This document shows positions 8,995 through 15,786 of a stretch of DNA of 15,788 nt, one piece after another. Numbering within the stretch: position 1 is the first letter of the stretch; each line of letters opens with the position of its first letter. Position numbers and translations under genes: made by a program. Under the pieces are notes generated by a model. It made no database searches, was not told the origin of the DNA, and saw only the letters and a program-made list of their open reading frames with translations. Source of the stretch: Candidatus Iainarchaeum sp. (GTDB lineage: Archaea > Iainarchaeota > Iainarchaeia > Iainarchaeales > JAFCCJ01); the NCBI GenBank assembly GCA_043816965.1, contig JBDRHK010000046.1, forward strand, positions 1 to 15,788, written 5' to 3'.

Positions 8995-9028
8995 GAATGC
9001 AAGGGTTTAATTTCATAGGGTGAATGGA

Positions 9029-9295
9029 ATGCTGGGAATAATACTTAATGACCTGTTCCTGAACATCCAGATAGTGTTAACCTTATTCATTTTTGTGTGG
9101 ATTTTCAGCTGGGCAAAGCAGGCACTGGGCTCGGCAAAACTTGCGATAATTTTTGCGCTGATTGTTGTCTACCTTACCTTTGTCCAGTTTCCTGAGCTCA
9201 TATGGCTGGCCGTAATTTTGGTCATACTTGCGACATTTGGCTCGGAAGTTTTTTCTAAAATGAACCCCTTTGGCGGGGGAGACCATTTGCACTGA
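9029..9295 (+). CDS. Small multi-pass membrane protein (paralogue family member 3)
   Basis: About three TM helices; motif FSWAKQALGSAKLAII. GGTGA SD at 9019-9023 lies 5 nt before ATG 9029, which favours this start over GTG 9020. Confidence 0.85.
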   Translation: MLGIILNDLFLNIQIVLTLFIFVWIFSWAKQALGSAKLAIIFALIVVYLTFVQFPELIWLAVILVILATFGSEVFSKMNPFGGGDHLH

Positions 9296-9304
9296 GATGA
9301 TTTT

Positions 9305-9622
9305 GTGGAAACGATTATTTTCCTGTTCTCCATACTTTTGCTCCTCTTAACCTGGAGTGCGGGCTATGGCTGGATTGCGGGCGGCATCCTTATCATAATG
9401 GTGCTTTCCACCCGCTCGGCAGGAACCATCATTGTGTTCGCAATAGCCATGGCGGCCATTTATTTTCTGAGTGAGAGTTTCAGCATGCAGGACCTGTTCA
9501 TCCCGCTGATATTCGGGCTGATAGTGCTTTTCCTGATTGTAGGGATGGGCAAGAAACCGGAACAGCCGGAATACTATTCCCCTGATGCCGGCGGCTATGG
9601 AAACCTCCTTGGCGGAATGTAA
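9305..9622 (+). CDS. Small multi-pass membrane protein (~4 short TM helices, Pro/Tyr/Gly-rich tail)
   Basis: 105 aa hydrophobic ORF with GTG start 9 nt after the previous stop. Tail reads KKPEQPEYYSPDAGGYGNLLGGM. Confidence 0.82.
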   Translation: METIIFLFSILLLLLTWSAGYGWIAGGILIIMVLSTRSAGTIIVFAIAMAAIYFLSESFSMQDLFIPLIFGLIVLFLIVGMGKKPEQPEYYSPDAGGYGNLLGGM

Positions 9623-9623
9623 A

Positions 9624-10013
9624 ATGAAATTAGGAATGTTTCTCCTGCTGCTGGTTCTTATTTTCCTATCCATTCATTTCGATGTTATGTGGCTGGGCTT
9701 TTTCCTGGCATTTGTCCTGATAATATATCTTCTTGGTTTGGCCGGCTATAAAACAAAAAATGCCGCAGTATCTGTTGGGAAGGTTGTGGGGGAGGACATT
9801 AATAGGGAAGTTGAGGATTTGAGAAATGCCAAGGGAAAATACCCTGCCTTCAAGGAAATTAAGGGGCTGTATAAGGAGGGCTCGAAAAGGCTTGCGATGG
9901 AACTGGACACAAAAGAGAAGGGTAAGAAGAAATTTGTTGATAAGGAAGTTCTTGATGCTCTTGGAAAAGGCTCAAAGAAATTCATAGCTGCAATGAAAAA
10001 AATATTTGATTAG
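9624..10013 (+). CDS. Membrane protein with N-terminal TM hairpin and Lys/Glu-rich helical domain (129 aa)
   Basis: ATG at 9624 lies 1 nt after the previous stop (TAAAATG), so it is preferred to the overlapping track start at 9585. Two TM segments are followed by a charged amphipathic region. Confidence 0.82.
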   Translation: MKLGMFLLLLVLIFLSIHFDVMWLGFFLAFVLIIYLLGLAGYKTKNAAVSVGKVVGEDINREVEDLRNAKGKYPAFKEIKGLYKEGSKRLAMELDTKEKGKKKFVDKEVLDALGKGSKKFIAAMKKIFD

Positions 10014-10030
10014 TTAAAATATTTGATTTG

Positions 10031-10555
10031 CTATTTCTTGCCCAGCAGGATTTTCCTGTTGGTTTCGAGAATCTTCTCAAGAATTGATTTTAATGCAGAG
10101 GTGTTTGCCTTAACCTCTCCCAAATCCGCCTCAAGGGTATTCATCTTCCGGTCAATAATCTGGAGTCTCTGCGAAAGGTCGCTCTGGGTAGAAGAGTCAA
10201 TTTTGGCGTGGAGGTCATCAACCCTTCTATGGACCTCATCAACCTTTTGGGCATGCTCCTCGAATTGGGTTTGGGTGGTTGTATTTGCCAAATCATGGTC
10301 TTCCCTTATCCCCGCGATCTGTTGGTTTATGTCTTCCCCTGATGCAGGAACTTCCCCTGCACCGGCAACAGGGTCTTTTTCAGAAGGATCAGGTTCTTCC
10401 CCGGATGGAATGCCTCCCTTTACTTCATTAATTATGGACTTAATTTCCCCCTCCTCCAAACCAATGTCCCTGAGGGTTGATTTCACAGTCTCATCATCAA
10501 TTCCGGATTCATACATCTTCTTTACAGTTGAAAGAACCACTTCTTTATTTACCAT
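10031..10555 (-). CDS. Hypothetical protein: small N-terminal helical bundle, acidic Pro/Gly linker, C-terminal coiled coil
   Basis: 174 aa. GAGGCG SD upstream of ATG. N-terminus SGIDDETVKSTLRDIGLEEGEI; heptad pattern in VDEVHRRVDDLHAKID and MNTLEADLGEVKANTSALKSILEKI. Confidence 0.85.
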   Translation of the reverse strand: MVNKEVVLSTVKKMYESGIDDETVKSTLRDIGLEEGEIKSIINEVKGGIPSGEEPDPSEKDPVAGAGEVPASGEDINQQIAGIREDHDLANTTTQTQFEEHAQKVDEVHRRVDDLHAKIDSSTQSDLSQRLQIIDRKMNTLEADLGEVKANTSALKSILEKILETNRKILLGKK

Positions 10556-10698
10556 ATAAACGCCTCTTAAACTTCCTATATATTAAATCAAACCCAAATA
10601 TAAACATTTCCGGGGACCCTTTTTCCTGAATTATGCCTCCAAGGGAAAAGCAATAAATACTCAATTGCCTATATCTTTATGCTGAATTTGGTGGTTTA

Positions 10699-12207
10699 AT
10701 GCCTGAACTGTTTAAGATTGGAGACGGGCCATGGAATATGATGTTTTCCGGGAAATTTATGGACCATGAGGTTGATATTTACTCCAATCCAGATAATGTC
10801 CTGCTTGTGCTTATATGGGACAGGCAAGGTGGAAATTACAAGGGCGCTGTTATTGAGATATATAAGGTTTTTGCAGCAATGGGAGAAACCGAAAATTTTG
10901 TTGAAAGCCTCCCGAGAGAGGTCATAGTACTTGCAAAGCATACTAAGGAGCAAACGGTTAAATTTTTCCTTCTAGGTGGAGGGGCAAGCTATGTGAAATA
11001 TGAGGAAAGGGGCTTTGTAAAGGAAATTGATTCCCAGCTGAAAAGCCTTTCCATCTCCGCCAAAATGATAAAGGATGTTTCAAAGGCATATGATTTAACC
11101 CTTCAGGACCTTAAGAACGCTGATGAGGAGGTAAGGAATTCATTCTTTGCCCAGCCCCTCCTTATACCTATTGTGACCACCGCAGCCCATGCCGCAGGAG
11201 GGAGCACAGAGGCCTCTGCCATTGGAAAGGGGGAAATAATGCTCGGCCTCACAAAGGATAAAAACAAGGTTGTTGAGCCTATCAGCCTTTTCACAAGGAC
11301 AATTGTAAGTGGCGGGAGTGCATCAGAAAGGGGCCATTTCCTGCACATTCTTGCCGAGGGTTTCCTGCTTTCAGGAATTCCTGTTGTTATTTTTGAACGT
11401 GGGAGCAAGTTTTCAGGGCTCGGGGAATCATCAAAGGAACTTGCCGAGCTGCAAAAATACCAGGTTGAGGCAGACCCAATGGGCTTTCCTGTAAAACATT
11501 ATTATCTCTCAAAGCAAATCTTCGGGGATTTGGAATTTCTCAGCCCTGAAGGAATGCTGGATTCCTTTGGGGTCGGGGAGAACAACGTAGGCAACCTAAT
11601 TGTTGATTTAATGAAAAGCGAACCAAGCAGGGGCATGGCAGAACTGGCATCAAAGATAAGGAAAACCAAGCCCAAAGACAATGCCACCTCTTTTGAAATA
11701 TTCAAGGCCGCGAGGATTATTTCGCTTATGGGCTCCACCTATCCTAACTTGTTTGAGGGCAAAAATGATTTGGATGACCTTTCCAAAAAGCCCTCAAAGG
11801 GAATTGGCCGCTCAGGAATAATCCACTTCGAGGACTATGATTTAAGGGCCTCACTTATTGTGATTCACAACATTCTGAACGGCCTGATTCAGGAAAGCAA
11901 GAAGATGGGGGCAACAAGGACTGTTAAGCTTGTGGTTATACTTGCAAATGCCGGTGAAATAATACCAAAAGACAACCCAAATAGTTATGCAAAGCAGTTT
12001 TCCGCACTGCTATCTGAACTGAACAAATATGGGATTGCATTTGTGCTGGATACTGAAAGTACCATAGACCTGCTCCCAGATGTTGCAAATCTTGGGGAAT
12101 CAAAGATAAATATAGTCGGCGGAAATGAGGCAGGAGTGCAGATCAAGCAGAGAAAGGGTTACAGGGTTTTGTTGAGGCCAGGGCTTAGTGCCTGTTCTGA
12201 AAAATAA
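10699..12207 (+). CDS. HerA/FtsK-superfamily (DUF87/DUF853-like) P-loop protein with degenerate catalytic motifs
   Basis: HerA-like motif order: IMLG...RTIVSGGSASERG (Walker A position, 11311-11334), IPVVIFE (strand 2), LVVILANA (Walker B position, 11929-11952), ELNKYGIAFVLDTESTIDL (equivalent to ExRKxG...TQ). Extra ~170-aa N-terminal domain. GGTGG SD. Confidence 0.78.
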   Translation: MPELFKIGDGPWNMMFSGKFMDHEVDIYSNPDNVLLVLIWDRQGGNYKGAVIEIYKVFAAMGETENFVESLPREVIVLAKHTKEQTVKFFLLGGGASYVKYEERGFVKEIDSQLKSLSISAKMIKDVSKAYDLTLQDLKNADEEVRNSFFAQPLLIPIVTTAAHAAGGSTEASAIGKGEIMLGLTKDKNKVVEPISLFTRTIVSGGSASERGHFLHILAEGFLLSGIPVVIFERGSKFSGLGESSKELAELQKYQVEADPMGFPVKHYYLSKQIFGDLEFLSPEGMLDSFGVGENNVGNLIVDLMKSEPSRGMAELASKIRKTKPKDNATSFEIFKAARIISLMGSTYPNLFEGKNDLDDLSKKPSKGIGRSGIIHFEDYDLRASLIVIHNILNGLIQESKKMGATRTVKLVVILANAGEIIPKDNPNSYAKQFSALLSELNKYGIAFVLDTESTIDLLPDVANLGESKINIVGGNEAGVQIKQRKGYRVLLRPGLSACSEK

Positions 12208-12285
12208 TTGCTAAAATAAAGGCGGTTGCCAAGATAAAAGTATTGTTAAAATTGTTGGGAAACGTAATTGCCAAAATATTTCAGT

Positions 12286-12741
12286 TTATGATTTTGCCTT
12301 TGCATTTTTTCCCTTAATCTTCTCCCCGACCAGTTCCTCTACGTCCTTATAGGTTACAAACTCGAGCGGGTTTATGGAGTCAATTACAAATTTCATTTCC
12401 TTTACGTCCTCGGCCTTGGCATAGACTGCCTGAATCTCGGCAACCGATGACTTCAGCTCCTCTATTGCCGAGGAATTCCTTGAAAGCTGCGAAATTATTT
12501 CATCAAGTTTGGCGGCAACTTCCCCTGTGGCGACTTCCCCGCCAGTGGCAGATGCCTTTCCGCCCTCAAATTCCTTTATCCTCTTGTTCAGCACAAGAAG
12601 ATTCCTCCCCAAAACCTTCTCATTCCTAACCAAATATTTCATTTTTTGGGAAATAATCATTATGGAAGAATTCAGGGCCCTTACATCTGTCTGCAATTGC
12701 GTTAAAATGAATCCTGCTTTTGAGGGGGCTCCATGCGGCAT
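12286..12741 (-). CDS. Hypothetical coiled-coil protein with C-terminal AKAEDVKEMKFVIDSINPLEFVT motif
   Basis: 151 aa with two heptad-rich helices separated by a Gly/Ala/Thr linker. AGTGA SD-like sequence upstream of ATG 12741. Confidence 0.85.
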   Translation of the reverse strand: MPHGAPSKAGFILTQLQTDVRALNSSIMIISQKMKYLVRNEKVLGRNLLVLNKRIKEFEGGKASATGGEVATGEVAAKLDEIISQLSRNSSAIEELKSSVAEIQAVYAKAEDVKEMKFVIDSINPLEFVTYKDVEELVGEKIKGKNAKAKS

Positions 12742-12789
12742 ATCAAATCACTTTAATTAAAATAGATGTTGTTGCTTAAAAACATATCT
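12742..12789. promoter_or_regulatory. Compact divergent promoter region
   Basis: 48-bp AT-rich gap between divergent ATGs (12741 on minus, 12790 on plus). Contains TTTAATTAAAA (plus, about 12752-12762) and TTTTTAAG (minus, about 12775-12782). Confidence 0.45.
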
Positions 12790-15204
12790 ATGGTTTCTGC
12801 CAAAATACGTGGAATTTTGCTTGATGTTAGCTATTCTGTTGATGGGCAAAAGGAAATTTCGCTGCTTCTTTATGTGAAAACCAAAAAGGGGATGGAAGTT
12901 TTTAAGGAGAAAAAATTCAAGCCATATCTTTATGCATTGGTTGATGACGCAAAGAAAAGGGCTGCTGAGATTTCTGAAAATGAATTTGGTGAGGACAAGG
13001 CAAGGCCGCTGAAAGCTGAGGCGGTGAAGATGGCAAATGCCCCTGAAGTTGTGAAGATTTTTTTCCGCAACACCAATCAATTGGTGCAGGCAAGGGAGGA
13101 GATAAAGGGGCTTAAGGGAGTGATTGGGGTAAGGGAGTACGACATTCCTTTCACCCGCAGGTTCCTTATCGACAAGGGAATTGAACCCATGAACTGGGTG
13201 GAAATTGAACTGGATGGGGATGAAATAGAATCAATTAAGAAGATGGATTTGAAAAAGGATGTTATCGGCGAGATGAATATCGGTGCCTTTGACCTTGAGA
13301 CCTATTCTCCAGGGAGGTTCAGCAATCCTGAGAAGGACCCTATATTGATGGCTGCTGTTGCAGGGAAGGATATGGCCGAGGCAATTACATACAAAAAGCT
13401 TTCCGGAAAGGGGGCAAAAGTTGTAAAGTCCGAAAAGGAAATGGTTCAGGAATTGCTTGGCTGGTTTGTGGAAAAAGAGATTGATATTGTTGTCACCTAC
13501 AATGGTGATTCATTTGACTTCCCATATCTAAGGGACAGGGGTAAGAAGATTGGCGTTGACGTAAATTTTGGAATTGGCGGCGAGCCAAAATTTAGGAAAA
13601 AGGGGCTTGACCATGCCGCGCAGCTTAAAGGGATTCAGCATTTGGACGCCTACCAAATGTTGAGGCTGCTTGCAAAATTCGGCGTGGTTTCGCTGATTAA
13701 ATATGATTTGGAGAGCGTTGTTGAGAGGATTTTTGGGAAAACGAAGGAAAAGATTGGCCATAATGAGATTAACGAGCTCTGGGATAGGGGCGAATTGGAG
13801 GGGCTGGCGAAATACAATCGAGAGGATGCGCTCTACACGCTGAAGCTCGCTGAGGAGTATTTGCCATTGCTTGTCGAGTTCTGCAAAATTGCGCACATGA
13901 CACTTTTTGATGTCAACCGCGCGAGTTCCTCGCAATTGGTTGAATCTTTGCTGATTGAAAAGAGTTTGGGGGCAGGGCACCTGATTCCCAACAAGCCCTC
14001 AGAGGAGCAGGCAAAGCAGAGGATGATGCAGACCTTTAAGGGAGGGTATGTCAAGGAGCCTATTGCCGGTCTGCATGAGAATATTGCGGTGCTGGATTTC
14101 CGCTCCCTGCACCCCACAATAATCATCTCCCATAACATTTCTCCCGAAACTTTAAAGTGCAATCACGAGAGCTGCAAGAAAGGGAAGAATATCTCCCCGG
14201 ATAAGGACTGGTTCTGCGAGAAGCAACGGGGATTCTTCCCTGAAATACTGGAGGAGATTCTCGCAAACAGGATTGCGGTAAAGGGCGAGATGAAGAAACA
14301 CAAGCCAGGCTCAAAGGAATACAGGCTGCTGGATGCAAGGCAGCATGCATTGAAAATCCTGCTGAATTCCCACTATGGCTATCTGGCTTTTGCAAGGGCA
14401 AGATGGTATTCGAGGGAGTCGGCAAGGGCAGTTACCGCCTGGAGCAGGCACTACATAAAGGAAGTTATGCACAAGGCGGAGGAGGATGGATTTACTCCAA
14501 TCTACAGCGACACTGACAGCTTATTTATTCTTGTCCCGAAAGATAGGGGTGAGAAGGAGGTTGAGCAGTTTGCAAAGAAGATAAACTCCGAGCTCCCTGG
14601 TGCAATGGAGCTGGAGTTTGAGGGTTTCTTTAAGCGCGGGATTTTTGTAAGCAAACGGGATGGCGGAGCAGCAAAAAAAAGATATGCATTGATTGATTTT
14701 GATGACAATTTGAAAATAGTGGGATTTGAATATGTGAGGAGGGACTGGTCAGGAATTGCAAAGCAGACTCAGAGAGATGTTTTGCAGGCGGTTCTTAAGG
14801 AAGGAAAGCCTGAAAAGGCGGGGGAGATAATCCGCGAAAGGGTTAAGGCACTGAAGAATGGTGAAGTGAAGAAAAAGGACCTTACAATAATGACCAATAT
14901 TCAAAGGCCGCTGAATAAATATGTTGCAATAGGGCCGCATATTGCCGCCGCAAGGAAGGCTGTTGAAAGGGGGAAGGAATTGGGCGTGGGGTCAACAATC
15001 AGCTATATAATTACACGCAAAGGAAAAAGCATTTCTGATAAGGCGGAACTCGAAGAATATGTAAAAGAGGGAGAGTATGACGCCGATTATTACATCTCAA
15101 ATCAATTGCTTCCAGCAGTAATCAAAATAATGCGCGAATTGGGCTTCACTGAGGAAGATTTGAAAGAGGGGGGGAAGCAAAGGACGCTTTCCTCCTTTAG
15201 TTAG
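12790..15204 (+). CDS. polB: Family B DNA polymerase (archaeal PolB3-type) with 3'-5' exonuclease and PIP box; no intein
   Basis: ExoI FDLET, ExoII YNGDSFD, ExoIII YNREDA. Motif A DFRSLHPTII, motif B RQHALKILLNSHYGY, motif C YSDTDS. Also KKRY, GFEYVRRDW and YYISNQLLPAV, with C-terminal PIP box QRTLSSF. Start is ATG 12790 (alternative 12766). Confidence 0.97.
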   Translation: MVSAKIRGILLDVSYSVDGQKEISLLLYVKTKKGMEVFKEKKFKPYLYALVDDAKKRAAEISENEFGEDKARPLKAEAVKMANAPEVVKIFFRNTNQLVQAREEIKGLKGVIGVREYDIPFTRRFLIDKGIEPMNWVEIELDGDEIESIKKMDLKKDVIGEMNIGAFDLETYSPGRFSNPEKDPILMAAVAGKDMAEAITYKKLSGKGAKVVKSEKEMVQELLGWFVEKEIDIVVTYNGDSFDFPYLRDRGKKIGVDVNFGIGGEPKFRKKGLDHAAQLKGIQHLDAYQMLRLLAKFGVVSLIKYDLESVVERIFGKTKEKIGHNEINELWDRGELEGLAKYNREDALYTLKLAEEYLPLLVEFCKIAHMTLFDVNRASSSQLVESLLIEKSLGAGHLIPNKPSEEQAKQRMMQTFKGGYVKEPIAGLHENIAVLDFRSLHPTIIISHNISPETLKCNHESCKKGKNISPDKDWFCEKQRGFFPEILEEILANRIAVKGEMKKHKPGSKEYRLLDARQHALKILLNSHYGYLAFARARWYSRESARAVTAWSRHYIKEVMHKAEEDGFTPIYSDTDSLFILVPKDRGEKEVEQFAKKINSELPGAMELEFEGFFKRGIFVSKRDGGAAKKRYALIDFDDNLKIVGFEYVRRDWSGIAKQTQRDVLQAVLKEGKPEKAGEIIRERVKALKNGEVKKKDLTIMTNIQRPLNKYVAIGPHIAAARKAVERGKELGVGSTISYIITRKGKSISDKAELEEYVKEGEYDADYYISNQLLPAVIKIMRELGFTEEDLKEGGKQRTLSSFS

Positions 15205-15269
15205 GCTTTTAAATGACTTAAAGCATTATAGTAACACTTAGTGTTTGTTATTGGCAGGAAGAGGGAAAC

Positions 15270-15620
15270 ATGAACTTGGATAAGAATCAAAAGTTATTGA
15301 TTGTTTTGGGAATTGTCCTAGTTGCGATAATTGCATTTGCTTACATTATGGGCTGGTTTGGCATGGGAGGGGTTACCTCTGAAGAGGTCGCAGAACTGGA
15401 GAATTTAGAAAATAATTTTGAGGAGGGAATTGGCGTAAATTTATCATGTAGTTTTGAAGCAGACCAGATTGCGGAGGATGCCAGAACAGTTTGTTGCAGA
15501 CCTGACCAGGGAGAGGATATAGGCATGCGATTATCACCGGATAATATGCCTCCTATCTGCAGTATTAGGCTAGAGGGCTCAACTCAGATTCTTTGCTGCA
15601 TCTTTGCAAACACTTCTTGA
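15270..15620 (+). CDS. Small membrane-anchored or secreted Cys-rich protein (116 aa)
   Basis: GAGGG SD. N-terminal TM (LLIVLGIVLVAIIAFAYIMGWFG), an acidic helix, then six Cys (C, CC, C, CC) and sequons NLS and NTS. Confidence 0.8.
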   Translation: MNLDKNQKLLIVLGIVLVAIIAFAYIMGWFGMGGVTSEEVAELENLENNFEEGIGVNLSCSFEADQIAEDARTVCCRPDQGEDIGMRLSPDNMPPICSIRLEGSTQILCCIFANTS

Positions 15621-15625
15621 ATCTA

Positions 15626-15639
15626 TATTTCTTGTTTTT
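15626..15639 (+). terminator. Possible archaeal oligo-T terminator
   Basis: T-rich tract ATTTCTTGTTTTT just after stop 15620, between convergent genes. Confidence 0.3.
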
Positions 15640-15672
15640 GGCAGATAAGGCTGTGGGACAAAATTGAGTGAT

Positions 15673-15786
15673 TTAACGTTTTTTACTGATTTTCTTTGGT
15701 TTTTTGCATATTATGAGGTATGCGTGCCTGCCTAGATAGCGTTTTGGGCAGTCTACTTTTGCGCTTGTTCCCAGCTTTGTTACTGT
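15673..15786 (-). CDS. 3' end (5'-truncated by window edge) of a DUF2080-like small protein (annotated as putative transposon-encoded)
   Basis: Manual minus-strand translation gives TVTKLGTSAKVDCPKRYLGRHAYLIICKKPKKISKKR*, with stop at 15673-15675. It matches my recollection of the DUF2080 pattern V-x-x-x-G-x-S-A-K-x-x-x-P-K-x-(Y/F)-x-G-x-x-x-Y-h-h-h. Absent from the ORF track because it is truncated. Confidence 0.75.
   Translation of the reverse strand, partial: TVTKLGTSAKVDCPKRYLGRHAYLIICKKPKKISKKR

Noticed and set aside
8971..9018. 15-codon mini-ORF (MTDQKGYIECKGLIS) in the cluster gap
   Set aside because: Too short to support, and it overlaps a better-explained BRE/TATA-like element.
8256..10013. 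Small membrane genes as A/V-type ATPase c-subunits, Mrp/Mnh antiporter subunits or type IV pilins
   Set aside because: No conserved mid-helix Glu with GxGxG-type packing, no class III signal peptide pattern, and no partner subunits nearby.
10023..10559. 178-aa plus-strand ORF, and similar shadows at 11103..11408, 12509..12760, 12757..13080, 13528..13980 and 13833..14162
   Set aside because: Antisense mirrors of better-supported genes that have SD sequences or recognisable motifs.
10617..10650. Possible hairpin TTTTCC...GGAAAA in the divergent intergenic region
   Set aside because: Short stem with a long loop; no tRNA or ncRNA features. Insufficient evidence.
10699..12207. Calling this gene herA (DNA end-resection helicase) or a pseudogene
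   Set aside because: No nurA, mre11 or rad50 nearby and the catalytic motifs are absent, so herA is unsupported. The frame is intact with no stops or frameshifts, so pseudogene is also unsupported.
12790..15204. Intein in polB, or an inactivated PolB2-type or viral/casposon polymerase
   Set aside because: Length (~804 aa) and contiguous motifs leave no room for an intein. Exonuclease and polymerase catalytic residues and the PIP box are intact, and there are no cas1, capsid or terminal-repeat signals.
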